A DNA stretch of 64,000 nucleotides from Squalus acanthias (GCA_030390025.1 CM059432.1:85376001-85440000), one strand, 5' to 3'; counted from the stretch's first letter, positions 47,788 through 62,229 are shown. The notes: generated by a model not told the origin, from the sequence alone. Numbers and translations: made by a program.

Positions 47788-50700
47788 GGGCTGAATTTTT
47801 ACCTTGCCGTCGGGGTGAGTGCAGGGGGTGGGGGGGTTGTGGATCGCGTCGGGAACCCGGATGTTGAAGCGGCGCGTCTTGCAGTGGCTTTTTAACTAAA
47901 CCACTGCAATTAAATCAGACTTACAGGTTTCCCGCCCAATTAACTGGAGCGGGTCCGATGACATCACGGATGACTCAACTTCAGCTGAGATATTTAAAGG
48001 AGCAATGCACAGATGACAGTTGAAGGTTGGTGGAGGTGCAAGAGAAGTTGTTGGGGAAGAAAGTGGATTGTGTTAAGAGTAAGTTGCTTGTTGGTAAAGA
48101 AATTTATCTTGCTGGATAATCAAAAATGCAAGCTCAGCACCAAAAAGCTGCCCTGAGATTCAGTGATGCCCCCCTGGAACTCCTGCTCCAAGGAGTCAGG
48201 GCTTACAGGGAGGTCCTCTTCCCTGCTGACAGGAGGAAGAGCCAGCTGCTGAGACCAAGAAGGCATGGCTGGAGATCTCGGAAGAAGCGAGCAGCAGGAG
48301 TGTGATAGCCAGGTCGTAGATCCAGTGCAGCAAGCGCTTTAATGACCTCATGAGGTCAGGAAAGGTGAGTACAATGCACATTGTCCTACACCCTGATGTA
48401 CGTGTCACCCCAACCCCCTCACTCTGCCTTCCCACGCCTACTCCTGCACATCACTCCTCGCACCAACCTACTTTGCAGACGCACCCAAACCTCTCTGACT
48501 ATGCACTTACTCACATCCCCATCTGACCATTCACCACTGACACTCACCCTCATCTTAATAGAATCATAGAAATTAACGCCACAGAAGGAGGCCATTCGGC
48601 AATGTCACGCCTCTCCCTCATAATCACCCTCTACAGGTGTTGCCCATCCATCCCTTACACTCATTCCATGACTCTCACTCAAAAGTCTCTTGTTTCCCTC
48701 CTTGTAGGAGAAGAGAGCACAGAACACCTGGGAGAGGCAGAGAACCGGAGGTGGCGCACCAGTAATGACACCACTGACTGCAGCAGGGGAGGAGGTGCTG
48801 GAAATCAGCGGTGTTGCTGGCGGTGGGAGATGGAGAGAGGGGGCCTCCTAACTACCTCAGTCAGAGCCCCACATGCTGCCTCGTATTCCGATGGCCGAGT
48901 CTGCCACTGTACTGGTGCAGGAGGAGCAGTCTTTGGCAGGGCCCTCACAGGCTCCAAAACCCAGAGGACGTCCGCCAATAGTGTCTAAGCAGTCAGAACA
49001 GGGAAGTGAGCAGCCTGCCTCTATCTCTGCTGAAGCCACAGGGGTTGCACGTAGCAGAAGAAGAAAAAAAGACACAATTGTATATGCACAAGGGTATGCA
49101 CATAGGTGTGTTATAAAATGTTAGAGGGATATATTTCTGTTGAAGTTATGAGCCAGATAAATTTATTTCTTTGCACCACTTTCCCGTCTTGTCCAGTTTT
49201 GCCTGCTACCTGGAAAGTGACCTTGTCAGTTGGAGTGAATGGTAAGACATTACTTAACTTGGAGCAATGAGTGTGTGTGACAGGAATGGTTTGGTCATGT
49301 TAGGACTGCTTTGTGGTGGTGGTGGGATGAAGTTGGTTCAGCATCTAGGTGCCAAATGGGTGCACCTCAACTAAATCGTGCCATTATGAGGCCATCCCAG
49401 GCCTCCCTGGACAGCAATGTGCGCTGCCACTGGTTCCATGTCCACTTCAGGTTCCTCCTCCTCCTCCTTGTGTTCCTCCTGCTCCTCCTCATCCTCCTCC
49501 AAAGAGGCTCTGTGCCTTGCTCCTCTTGCAGCTCCAATCCTCGATGCTGCACTCTGTTGTGCAGAGCGCAGCATATGACAATCATTCTGGAGACCCTGGC
49601 TAGTGCGTATTGAAGAGCTCCTCCAGATCTGTCCAGGCATCTGAAGCACACCTTCAGCATGCCGATTACTTGCTCTGTTCCACATCTCGTCGTCATCTGG
49701 CTTTGATTGTAGTACTCTTCGGCCTCATTGCTTGGCCTCCTCAAGGGTGTCTTCAGCCACAATGGCCAGTCTGCTCTCACTTTGCTTTCATTGGGGAGAT
49801 TCAACAAGCCCGTGAATCCCACGGACAGCCAGTAAAAGCTGCAACATCAAGTTAAAAAGGCTTTTAATAGCCTCTTAACAAACTCTCAACTACTTTAATT
49901 AGCTCACCTGCCTCTCCCAAGCAGGTCTCTGGCGTGCTGACTAACGCACCTGAGATAAAGGTGGAGGCCGGCGGGTTGAAGCCGGCTTCCCGACGCACTG
50001 TCAATTTCAGCACTTTTCATAGAATCATAGAAGGTTACAGCACGGAAGGAGGCCTTTTCGGCCCATCGTGTTCATGCCGACCAACAAAGAGCTATCCAGC
50101 CTAATCCCACTTCCCAGCTCTTGGTCCGTAGCCCTGCAGGTAACAGCATCCCAAGTGCACATCCAAGTACTTTTTAAATGTGGTTAGGGTTTTTGCCTCT
50201 ACCACCCTTTCAGGCAGTGAGTTCCAGATCCCCACAACCCTCTGGGTGAAGAAATTTCCCCTCAAATCCCCTCTAAACCTTCCACCAATTACTTTAAATC
50301 TGTGCCCCCTGGTTTTTGACCCCTCTGCTAAGGGAAATAGGTCCTTTCTATCCACTTTAGGCCCCTCATAATCTTATACACCTCAATAAGGTCCCCCCTC
50401 AGCCTCCTCTGTTCCAAGGAAAACAAACCCAGCCTATCCAGTCTTTCCTCATAGCTAAGATTCTCTACTCCCGGCAACATCCTTGTAAATCTCCTCTGTA
50501 TCCTCTCTAGTGCAATCACATCTTTCCTGTAATGTGGTGACCAGAACTGCACGCAGTACTCTAGCTGAGGCCCAACTAGTGTTTTATACAGTTGAAGCAT
50601 AACCCCCTGCTCTTGTATTCTGTGCCACGGCTAATAAAGGCAAGCATTCCATATGCCTTCTTAACCACTTTATCTACCTGGCCTGCACTCCAAGGTCCCT

Positions 50701-51348
50701 TTGTTCCTCTACACTACTCAGTGTTCTACCAATTAATGTGTATTCCCTTTCCTTGTTAGCCCTCCCCAAATGCATTACCTCACACTTCTCCGGATTGAAT
50801 TCCATTTGCCACTGTTCTGCCCACCTGACCAATTTATTGATATCTTCCTGCAGTCTATAGCTTCCTTCTTCAGTATCGACCACACAGCCGATTTTAGTAT
50901 CATCTGCAAACTTCTTAATCGTACCCCCTATATTCAAGTCTAGATCATTGATATATACCACAAAAAGCAAGGGACCTAGTACTGCGCCCTGCGGAACCCC
51001 ACTGGAAACAGCCTTCCAGTCACAAAAACACCCATCAACCATTACCCTCTGCTTCCTGCCTCCAAGCCAGTTTTGAATCCAACTTGACACTTTGCCATGG
51101 ATCCCATGGGCTTTTAACTTCGTGATCAGTCTGCCATGTGGAACCTTATCAAAAGCCTTGGTAAAGTCCATATACACTACATCAAACACACTACCCTCAT
51201 CTACCCTCCTTGTTACCTCCTCAAAAAATTCAATCAAGTTTGTCAGACACGACCTTCCCTTAACAAATCCGTGCTGACTATCCTTGATTAATCTTTTAAC
51301 TGCACACCCGCTCGCAAACCCGCACTCTGCAAACTAAAAATTCAGCAC
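47788..51348 (+). mobile_element. Non-autonomous PIF/Harbinger, related to 16561-19776, containing CR1 inserts
   Basis: TIR GGGCTGAATTTTTA / TAAAAATTCAGCAC. TAT TSD. Myb exon 1 ~48126-48364 (donor gtgagt), exon 2 from ~48708, exon 3 remnant. Transposase C-terminus on - at 49367-49790 (WLKTPLR...CCALHN). Confidence 0.88.
50018..51292 (-). mobile_element. CR1 LINE, 5'-truncated
   Basis: ORFs 50101-50355, 50328-50600 and 50674-51237 (KFADDTK); CR1 tail. Confidence 0.95.
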
Positions 51349-53487
51349 TATGGGAGGATAGAGGAGAAAATAAAAATACATTACAAATTAAAAACAAAAG
51401 AAAAAATAAATGAAAGGAAGCAGGAGCATCTTCCCTCTCATTGTCCCTCACCACAGTCTACTGGAGGTCAACAGGCACAATTTAGACTCATTTTTAATGA
51501 ATATTTAAAAGTCGAGAAGTTGGTCCTTTTCTGCAACCTAGTCCTTGGGATTATCCTATCTTGAACAGTAAAAGTATTAGAACTTAATACTGAGTTAATT
51601 TAAAATCATTTCTATTACATAATACTAAAATAGAAGAATAACACACTATTGTAGCATATACTTATTCCTAAATGCTCTTGATTATGGCAGTAAAATTGTC
51701 AGCTATCTAAATGCAGTGCTTAGTTTGTATTTAAATTGTTCAAATCCTGCACAATATCATCCTCCTAATCACATCAAGCTCCATTTTGTAATGGTACCAT
51801 AATGTTCCCATAACTATAATTGAAAAAGGAGCTTAGTAGAACAATTTAGAAATGGCTGGAATGTAATTAATCGGGACACTGCATTTTATATTTTCAAATA
51901 CCAGGTATTAAGACCAATGAATTAGAAAACTCTTTTTGCCCCAAAAATCTGTGAGGGGAGAGGGAAACGCATACCGGCATAAAACGGGACCTCCACTGTT
52001 GACCTTGTCAGAGTCAGGTGGAGGTCCTCTGTTTGGCTTACAAATGGCAGATTACCGCACTATTGACACGTATCTAGGGAACCCACCATGCTTGAGGGCT
52101 CAGAAAGTTGGGACGTTCAGCAGAGGTGTGCAGGCTGGCAGTGGGGAGTGTCAAGTCCCCACCAGAAGGAACTTTGGGGACTCCTGTAGCCCCTCTTACA
52201 AAGGGAATCACATTCAAATACTTTTAAAAAATTGACATTTTTCTTCAGGGGTCTAGGTTTAAATCCTAGCCAGGAGCCTCAGATGGGCCTTTCGAGGAGG
52301 TATGCTTGGAACGACCATATTTTGGGCCCCAATGAAGACCCGGGATATTCGGAGTGCATGCCCCCTATGTTGATGGCCCAGAGACTCTGACAGGAGACCA
52401 TCAAGGAACATTTGGCACAAGGCTAGGACTCAGTAGATCCAGGTCCCAGCCTAGTTTCTGGCCATCCTGCTGATGTTACGGCGGGCGGGTGTACACCAGA
52501 ATGAAAGCATATGTGTGTGTGGGAGGGGGGTGGAGGAGCTAGCTAAATATATAATTCACAATGAACTTACATTGAGAAGCAGTTTCTGCTGTGATAGGTT
52601 ACAGGTAAACTATAAGATATATGAAAATTAGATGAGAATTGCAAATACATGTTTACTGTGCAAATTTGTCTTGCAGGTTTTGTTTCATGTGATAGTAACA
52701 AGGAAGCATGATACTTGGGAATCATTAACTCACAACTGTAATGGAGTTATAGGAAACTTATGACGTGGCTAATTAAAGCTATCTGCAGCTGTAAGATGCA
52801 AAGGTTTAATTTGGTGGATCAAAGGGTGGAATAACTTGTGAATCAATTTAAGGTTTCCCGGCTGATATTTTACTCTGTGCATTGGTTTTAACGAATCTGC
52901 ACACTTTTTACAAATAATTAATTTACTGATTTAGTAAAGCTAATTCACTCATAACACCGAAGGACACTGATCTTATCCAAGCCCAGGTGTACTGACATGT
53001 CCTGCCCCATAGTTTTGCTGACCTCTGCACCCAATTCTCCAATTGGCACTCCTCTAGAGTGATGTCGAGTGAGAATCGACATTGGTGAAGGAGTTTCACA
53101 CATAAAGAGCAAGTGAATAACTAAAGAAAGAGTAGAGCTTATTGGAGACCAAAAAGGTAGTCTATGTGTGGAGGCGAAAGACGTGGGTATGGTTCTTAAT
53201 GAATACTTTGCGTCTGTCTTCACAGAAGGGAGGAACGATGCAGACATTGTAGTTAAGGAGGAGTGTGAAATATTAGTTGGGATAAACATAGAGAGAGAGA
53301 GGAAGTATTAAAAGGTTTAGGATCTTTGAAAGTAGATAAATTGCCAGTCCCGGATGAAATGTATCCCAGGCTGTTAAGAGAAGCAAGGGTGGAAATAGCG
53401 GAGGCTCTGACCATCATTTTCCAATCCTCTCTGGCTACAGGCGTGGTGCCAGAGGACTGGAGGACTGCTAACGTTGTGCCATTGTTT

Positions 53488-54692
53488 TTTTTATATTAGT
53501 TCATGGGATGTGGGCGTCGTTGGCAAGGCCAGCATTTATTGCCCATCTCTAGTTGCCCTTGAGAAGGTGGTGGTGAGCCGCCTTCTTGAACCGCTGCAGT
53601 CCGTGTGGTGAAGGTACTCCCACAGTGCTGTTAGGGAGGGAGTTCCAGGATTTTGACCCAGCGACAATGAAGAAACGTCAGGATGGTGTGTGACTTGGTG
53701 GTGTTCCCATGCACCTGCTAACCTTGTCCTTCTAGGTGGTAGAGGTTGCGGGTTTTTTGGGAGGTGCTGCCGAAGAAGCCTTGGCGTGTTGCTGCAGTGC
53801 ATCTTGTAGATGGTACACACTGCAGCCATGGTACGCCAGTGGTGGAGGGAGTGAATGTTTAAGGTGGTGGATGTGGTGCCAATAAAGCGGGCTGCTTTGT
53901 CTTGGATGGTGTCGAGCTTCTTGAGTTTAGTTGGAGCTGCACTCATCCAGGCAAGTAGAGAGTATTCCATCACACTCCTGACTTGTGCCTTGTAGATGGT
54001 GGAAAGGCTTTGGGGAGTCAGGAGGTGAGACACTCGCCACAGAATACCCAGCATCTGACCTGCTCGTGTTGCCACAGTATTTATGTGGCTGGTCCAGTTA
54101 AGTTTCTGGTCAATGGTGACCCACCAGGATATTGATGGTGGATGATTTGACGATGGTAATGCTGTTGAATGTCAAGCGGCGGTGAATAGACGCTCGCTTG
54201 TTGGACATAGTCATTGCCTGGCACTTGTGTAGCACGAATGTTACCTGCCACTTATCAGCCCAAGCCTGAATGTCGTCCAGGTCTTGCTGCATGTGGGCAT
54301 GGACTGCGTCATTATCTAAGGAGTTGCAAATGGCACTGAACACTGTGCAATCATCAGCGAACATCCCCACTTCTGACCTTATGATGGAGGGAAGGTCATT
54401 GATGAAGCAGCTGAAGATGGTTGGGCCTAGGACACTGCCCTGAAGAACTCCTGCAGCAATGTCCTGGGGCTGTGATGATTGACCTCCAACTACCACAACC
54501 ATCTTCCTTTGCGTAATGTATGACTCCAGCCAGTGGAGAGTTTTCTCCCTGATTCCCATTGACTTCAGTTTTACTAGGGCTCCTTGATGCCACACTCAGT
54601 CAAATGCTGCCTTGATGTCCAGGGCAGTCACTCTCACCTCACCTCTGGAATTCAGCTCTTTTGTCCATGTTTGGACCAAGTCTGTAATGAGG
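53488..54692 (-). mobile_element. Zenon-like LINE 3' part
   Basis: ORFs 53536-54075 and 54110-54595 (MFADD). GTTT repeated at both junctions. Confidence 0.9.
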
Positions 54693-54816
54693 TTTAAAAA
54701 GGGAGAAAGGGATAGACCGAGTAATTACAGGCCAGTCAGCCTAACCTCGGTGGTGGGAAAATTATTGGAAAAAATTCTGAGGGACAGTATAAATCATCAT
54801 TTAGAAAGTCACAGAT

Positions 54817-55244
54817 TATTCATTCATTCATGGGATGTGGATGTTGCCAGCAAGGCCAGCATTTATTGGCCATCCCTAATTGCCCTCGAGCAGGTGGTGG
54901 TGAGCCGCCTTCTTAAATCAACTGAGTGGCTTGCTAGGCTGTTTCAGAGGGCAGTTAAGTATCAACCACATTGCTGTGGGTCTGGAGTCACATATAGGCC
55001 AGACCAGGTAAGGACGGCAGATTTCCTTCCCTGAAGGACATTCGTGAACCAGATGTTTTTTTTTTTATGACAATCCGATAGCTTCATGGTCACCATTACT
55101 GATACTAGCTTTTTATTCCAGATTTATTTAATTGAATTTAAATTCCCCAGCTGCCATGGTGGGATTATGAACTCATGTGTTTGGATTATTTGTCCAGGCC
55201 TCTGGATCACTAGCCCAGTAACATAACCACTATGCTACTGTACC
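54817..55244 (-). mobile_element. Full-length tRNA-derived SINE with Zenon-like LINE tail
   Basis: Minus-strand head GGTACAGTAGCATAGTGGTT (A box) ... GAGTTCATAATCCC (B box-like). The 3' ~95 nt match the LINE tail at 53495-53590. Confidence 0.8.
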
Positions 55245-57214
55245 TTAATCAAGGACAGTCAGCATGGATTTGTAAAGGGAAAGTCATGCTGACTAACGTG
55301 ATTGAGTTTTTTAAGGAGGTAACGAGGAGCGTAGATGAGGGTAGTGCATTTGATGTCGTTTTGATGTGGATTTTGACAAGGTCTCACATAGCAGATTGGT
55401 CAAAAAAGTAAAAGCCCATGGAATCCAAGGGAAAGTGGCAAATTGGATTCAAAATTGGCTCAGTGGCAGGAAGCAAAGGGTAATGGTCGACGAGTGTTTT
55501 TGTGACTGGAAGGCTGTTTCCAGTGGTGTTTCACAGGGCTCAGTACTCGGTCCCCTGCTTTTTGTGGTATATATCAATGATTTAGACTTTAATGTAGGGG
55601 ACATGATTAAGAAGTTTGCAGACAGTACAAAAATTGACCATGTGGTTGATAGTGAGGAAGAAAGCTGTAGACTGCAGGAAGATATCAATGGACTGGTCAG
55701 GTGGGCAGAAAAGTGGCAAATGGAATTCAATCCGGAGAAGTGTGAGGTAATGCATTTGGAGAGGGCTAACTAGGCAAGGGAATACACAATAAATGGAAGG
55801 ATACTGAGAAATGTAGAGCAACAGAGAGACCTTGGAGTGCACGTCCACAGATCCCTGAAGGTAGCAGGACAGGTAGATAAGGTGGTTAAGAAGGCATACA
55901 GGATACTTTCCTTTATTGGCTGAGGCATAGAATATAAGAGCAGAGAGTTTATGCTAGAACTGTATAAACACTACTTAGGCCACAGCTAGAGTACTGTGTA
56001 CAGTCTTGGTCACCACATTACAGGAAAGATGTGATTGTATTAGAGAGGGTACAGAGGAGATTTATGAGGATGTTGCCAGGACTGGAGAATTTTAGCTATG
56101 AGGAAAGACTGGATAGGCTGGGGTTGTTTTCTTTGGAACAGAGGAGGCTGAGGGGAGACTTAATTGAGGTGTATAAAATTATGAGGGGCCTAGATAGAGT
56201 GGATAAGAAGCACCTATTTCCCTTAGCAGAGAGGTCAATAACCAGGGGGCATAGATTTAAAGTAATTGGTAGAAGGATTAGAGGAGAGTTGAGGAGAAAT
56301 GTTTTCACCCAGAGGGTGGTGGGGATCTGGAACTCACTGCCTGAAAGGGTGGTAGAGGCAGAAACACTCATCACATTTAAAAAGTACTTGGATATGCACT
56401 TGAAGTGCCGTAAGCTGCAAGACTACGGACCAAGAGCTGGAAAGTAGGGATTAGGCTTGATAGCTCTTTTTCGACCGTTGCAGACATGATGGGCCGAATG
56501 GCCTCCTCTGTGCCGTAAATTTCCATGATTCTATATTAACCTTATAGTTAAAGAAATGTATAGTGATCGTATTCGATTTTTTAAAATTGCCATCCATCAC
56601 ATTTTGCATCTCCTGCCAGACAGACATAGAGCAGCAGTATAATAGCCAGAAAGAAGTCTGCAGCACAGTCTTTCTCCTCCCTCTAGGAGGAGGATGCATA
56701 GTGACAGACATCCTGTAAGGACAAAAGGAGGAGAAAATAAAATTATAATTGGAAGGAAAATGTAGATATTCAGATAATAAAAAACATGCTGGTTCAAAGC
56801 TGCTTGTAATAGTTACAACAGTTTTTTTTTTAAGCTGCTTCCTCCACACTAGTGTTATTACTAGTCTCTTTGCCATTTCAGCTCTAGGCAACTGTTGCTA
56901 AGCATACATATCCATAGATACACAGTGCCATATAATTCGGGCTCCCATTTAAATGTATTACCTGGCAGCACTGAACATAATTATTAAATATTAACTCAGT
57001 GAAGATTGATACAGACCTGTTGTTTTTGTCTATTGGATATATAACTAATTGAAATCCATATATATGTAACAGAAAAACAAAAGTAGATTGTTTCCAGTTT
57101 CTGCTTTGGTTTAGTTAAATAGTGACAAATAAAGTCCAGATAGATTCAATGTTATCAAAAGGTTGTACTAGGACAAAGTCAGGCATGCATTTAGAAACAT
57201 ATGGACTAAAAACT

Positions 57215-57763
57215 CATTTAGGCCTATTTTCAGGTACAAAATGGCAGGTGTGCTCCTAGCTCGTGCCAGAAGCTGAAAGCTTACCAGAAATAGGGCCACA
57301 GGCCCCATTTCAATATTACTGCTGATCTGCGGGTGCCAGTCGCGCCTCCAGAGGGAGCTCACCCATTTGGAAGTCTCCAATTTGGGCTGGCAGTGACCCT
57401 CAGATAAATCCTGGGGGAGGGAGGGTTTAGGGGAACGGCAGAGGGGCCAGCCTGGGCTGGCAGTGGCTCACAGTAATAGGCTGGAGCATTTTTGTTGGGA
57501 CCTCCAGAAGTCCTTTTAACGGCATGTAGAGCCGGTAATCCTGAGTGGAGTAGGCCTGGTGCCTGAACTGCTCTGGGCAAACGGACTTCCAGTAGGGGTC
57601 CTCAGACTAGTGCTAGGCCCCTTATTTGCATGTGGAAGAGTCTAACTCCTGATTCAGGCGGACGCCAGGGTCGTCTGGAAAACCACCTTTACCGATATGG
57701 CAACACCCCTAATGCAGGCACAGATTGAGAAAACGGGTGCAACGAGGACCAATTTCTACCCCT
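57215..57763. mobile_element. Degenerate MITE-like repeat
   Basis: Ends AATTTCTACCCC (Harbinger-like). Shares ATTTGCAT..CCTGATTCAGGCGG with ~46730-46770. Confidence 0.4.
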
Positions 57764-58082
57764 TAGAACCTACAAGCTTAAAGCACAGAAGGAGGTTGTT
57801 TAGCCCATCATGTCTCTGCTTGCACTTTGCTAGACCAATCCAAAATTAGTCCTACTGTCCTGCTGTCTCCCCATAGTCCTGTACCTTCCTCTGCTTCAAA
57901 TATTTATCCAATTTTCTATGAAAAGATGTAGTGGTATCTGCCTCAACCACTCCCTGTGGCAAAGCATTCCATGCTGCAACAATCCTCAGTGTAAAACATT
58001 TCTCCTAACCTCTCCCTTGACTCTATTAGTAGTAATTTTAAATTGATGACCCTTGTCATTGTCTCTTCAACTAGACACTGTA

Positions 58083-58480
58083 TCAAAACTCTCACCTCTG
58101 AGTCAGAAAGTTGTGGATTCAAGTCCCACTCCAGGAGCTTCAGAACAAAATCTAGGCTGACACTTCAGCGCAGCACGGAGACAGCGCTGCACTATAGGAG
58201 GTGCTGTCTGACGTTAAACCAAGGCCCCGCCTGCCTTCCCAGGTGGACATAAAAGATCCAATTGCACTAGTTCAAAGAAGAGCTGGGGAGTTTACCCAAG
58301 CGTGTCCTGGCCAATATTTATTCCTCAACAAACATCGCTAAAAACAGATTATCTGATCATTATCTCATTGCTGTTTGTGGGACCATGCTGTGCGCAAATT
58401 GGCTGCCGCATTTCCTACATTACAACAGTGACTACACTTCAAAAATACTTAATTGGCTGTGAAGGGGTTTGGGACGCAAG
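58083..58480 (+). mobile_element. Deu-domain SINE, near full length
   Basis: tRNA-like head (ctctgagtcagaa...ttcaagtccc) plus body shared with 4415-4695 and 62230-62515. Confidence 0.72.
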
Positions 58481-59039
58481 TTAGTTCTTTCTTTCGCTTT
58501 TGCTTTCTTTCTTTCTCTCGAGTCTCTCATAATTATAGGGGTCGGTTTTAACCTCCCCCACCCCTCGCCCGGCAGGAATGGTTCGTGGGAAGGGTTACAG
58601 TCAGATGATTCCATTTACTGGCCCGAGGCCACACCTTTCCCAACCAGCTGCATTTTATCTTCGTCGGATTTGAAGTCGTCCGTGACTTCTGCCTCGGGAA
58701 GTGGACCCAGAACTCACCTCTGGGGTACACCACTTCCAACCCTTCCCCAATCCAAGCAATACTCTACATTACAACAGTGACTTCACTTCAAAAAGTAATT
58801 CATTCATTGTCTATGAAGCGCTTTGAAGTCCTGAGGATGTGAAAGGCACAATATTAATGAAATTATTTCTTTCACCCATTTATTAGTGGTAGCACTTTCA
58901 ATTTCGGACAAGCAGTGTCAGAATCCATACTCTCAAGGCTAGGTGCAAATAAATCTCCCTCTGGTCAGCCCCCTCCCCATCACTGCAATAGTTTTCCTGT
59001 GCTACACTGGCCAGAGATTGCTAGGTCAGTAGTAGTTAA

Positions 59040-59223
59040 GAACAGTTTTGTATAGTAAGTCAATGCCCACTCAGAATGGGATTAAACTAATCAAACTAAT
59101 TCCTCATTGGACTTTATTGTTAGTAGGCAGAGGAGGCTTTAATCCCATTATTCTGGGCTAGATTTGAACCCGGATCTCACGGATGAATGGCCATTGTCTA
59201 ACACACTGAATCACCCAGTCCCT
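59040..59223 (-). mobile_element. Old tRNA-derived SINE, LF-SINE-like head
   Basis: Minus strand GGGACTGGGTGATTCAG...GGGTTCAAATCTAGCCCAG (B box). Confidence 0.45.
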
Positions 59224-59318
59224 CTATCCACAGGAAAACAATATATAAGGACAGATTGACATTGCCTTGGGATTTGCCTTTCTACAGGAATAAGCCACTT
59301 TGCTGGCTTATTCTTATT

Positions 59319-60058
59319 GGCCCAGAAATTAAAGACTGAGTGTTGACGCGGGGGTAAGGCTTCCCCGCGATATCTCACTCCGCACCTACCTTTTTCCTCC
59401 GGGCCCACACAAACTTTAGTTTCAAGGCTGCAGCTGTGCAGTGCTTGCGTGACCCAGAGACGTAGTTAGTTCGTGCGTGCTCTGGGATCACGTGATTCAG
59501 TTAGAGCCAATGGCAGCACACCATCTTTCATTCATAGTTTTGACAGGAAGACCTGTCAAAGCTATGAATAATATACCCCCCAAAAGAACAGCTAAACCTC
59601 AATTAAATTTAAAAAAAAGCCATCACATTAATAAAATAAGTATAGTTAAATAAATTAACCACTTTAAACAAAAAATTAAATTTTTGAAAAAATTTAAAAT
59701 CTTTTTAAAAGTTATAAAAATAAACTTACCTTTCTTTAAAGTCTCTAAAAAAGATAAACCTGTTGAAAAAAATTTAAAATACTTAATTAACTACTTACCT
59801 TGTTAAAAGAGGGTCTTACGCCTCCTTTCTTTATGTGTAAAATCTTCCATGCTTACCTGCGCGTTCAAAGCACTAAGTGCACTGCGTGCGCGCAGCCTGT
59901 AGCGCACACGCGGTTCACCTAGGAACCGCCCCCTTTTGAATTCACGAAGTGCCGGTTTGCCGCGCATGCGCAGTGCATGCTGGAAACCGGCAATTGGAGA
60001 CCTAAAACGCGAGAGTACACAGTGCGTACTCTCGCGTATTAGGTCTAATTTTCGGGCC
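59319..60058. mobile_element. Harbinger-type MITE, intact
   Basis: TIR GGCCCAGAAATT / AATTTTCGGGCC. ATT TSD at 59316-59318 and 60059-60061. Confidence 0.85.
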
Positions 60059-60599
60059 ATTATATTTGATTTGTGGGCATGGCACCTTGCAAAAAATGGT
60101 CTATTTACATTGAAAAAATGTAAATTTTGTGACATCTTCCCCAAATTCCCATCTATGTTGCTAATCATCGTGCCTTGAAATTAGACCCTATAAATTTTCT
60201 AATGTGCTACAATACCTGCTCTTAATAATGCAGGGGGCCACAAAATAATATGTACTTGGCACTAACACAACTTGCTTAATTCAAGGTAAATCTAGGACCA
60301 ATAACTAATGATAGGGTGGGTCTATATGACAACCAGGTGGCAGAGAACAGAGACAAATAAAAACATTTTACTAAAATGATATTTGAATAAACAAAATGAT
60401 TGCCTGGTTAGCTAATAAAGTACTGTGTCGACAAGCTAATTGTTAGAATAAAGCATTTAATTTCTAAAACTTGCTGTAGAATTGAGCTCTGTGTGTAATA
60501 ATCTTATTTAGAGGTGCAGTAAGCAGTCTACTTGTCCGTTTCATCACTTGGAAATCAGCAATACAATACCATTAGGTTGAATATCTAGTAATATCATGA

Positions 60600-61000
60600 G
60601 CAAGATGGTGCATGACTGCCATCAATGGCCTCTCTACTTTGGGAAATGACAACACTACAGTGATATTGGACAGCCATGTCATGCTATGTTGTCATTCAGT
60701 GGGAAAGGAGATAAAAGTATTGGCCCTATTACCAATACATTAGTCACCTGTTTGATGCATTCATGGGCAGCAGATTGGTTGATACCGCACATGATTCCTA
60801 TGCTAGCCTTAAAGGAAGCAGAGGCAAAGAATTTGAGGAAGGAGGTGACCTTTACTACCATTGTCACTGCTATACCAATAGTGCAAGTTAGCTGTCCTTG
60901 CTACAGATCTGCAACTTGCTGCATGTTGATCCAGACCCTGGAGAGCCAATTCCCCACAGTCATTGCCAGAAAGGTGTGCCAGGATTTGCAAAGATGGTTG
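60600..61000 (-). pseudogene. Ancient Harbinger transposase relic
   Basis: VKVTSFLKFFASASFKASIGIMCGINQSAAHECIKQVTNVL aligns with VKVTVALNFYASSSFQ...ISQFAIHCCIQEVTDAL. Confidence 0.75.
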
Positions 61001-62229
61001 GTGGTATAATGTTGGGTGCATGCAAACAAGCTCCAATGCCTTTTGATCTCCCTGGTATGCTTTCTTTCATCTTGTTCCACTTTCATCTTGATATACTGTA
61101 TTTGTGGTGCTTGAAAACCAACCTTCATCAAAAATTCTAAATTGCCTTGCTAACTGTCAGAGACTCTTTATTTAGATACTTTGTTGTTCTCTGAGCTCCT
61201 GTGAAAGTTCATATTCCAAGAGCTCCTTTATCATGTCCCCTCAGTTTTTAGCTTTCCTATTCTACTGAAGTCTTGGAAACACTTCAATTGCAGTCAGCTT
61301 TATGGTGAATGAGCAAACAACATTAGACTATTTTAAGTTCCATGTAAATGTTACATAAGGGATAGAAACAAATTCCCCAAAAATGTTTTAAACGAAGATA
61401 ATTTATTTTATAAAAATGGCAGCAAAAATAACATAAGTATTGGAAATTGGAGTTTCATTAGACCCACTCCAAATGGGCAAAGGGAGTGCTCAACTCAATC
61501 CTATCTTATGCTACGGCTTCTTTTTGGCAAAACCACTTTAGATCAATCTAAATGGACAAAAACCCACAGCTGCGCACCTGCAATTTCCAAGATGTAATTC
61601 CTGAAAGTGCCACTCCCCACTGGGAGTGCTGTATCACATAATTGCCCCTTATGTCATCAATCCATGGTCTGTGCGGCTCTGGGAGTGAATATTTGTCACT
61701 GCACATTTCTATGTAAAATTCTATTTTCTCTTATTCTTTATCCCATTTAAGTACTGTGGATCTTGCCACAAAAAGCAATTGAACACTTAGAAGCATTAGA
61801 ATGTGTATCCAGTTTTCCTTGCATAAATCTTTGGATTATAGCCTATATTTTATGGTTCTGCAGTTCTGATATCAACATTTATTGTAATTAATGTACATTA
61901 GTGGATATTATGTACAAACAATATGATTAGCTAGTAACCTGGTACAACTCGATTTTTTAATGTGCTGTTATTGGCTGGTGGCTCTTGTCCTACCCAATGA
62001 ACACTCTAATCAGGTATTATGCTAGAATATGGAGTTTCAAGTCGATTTAAAACATTCAGTTCAGTACACTTAATGCATTAATCATCTCTCTGTCACCTCT
62101 TCCAACATAAAACATGCTGAAAATCCTATTTAAAAAAAATATTTTATGCTAAGTCATTTTCCCATACTAAGTTAATCTTATGCATAGTTATCATGGGAAG
62201 AATATTTTTTAGGGTGAAGTTTGCCCTCT

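Larger units (their letters stand above)
53065..56534 (+). mobile_element. CR1 LINE with nested Zenon-like LINE and SINE
   Basis: LNEYFASVFT at ~53195, NYRPVSLTS at ~54723, RT ORF 55366-55773, C-terminal ORF 56031-56447, tail ttccatgattctat. Confidence 0.93.

Noticed and set aside
55190..55244. tRNA genes here and at ~59150-59223
   Set aside because: Pol III boxes only, no full cloverleaf, and continuous with SINE bodies.
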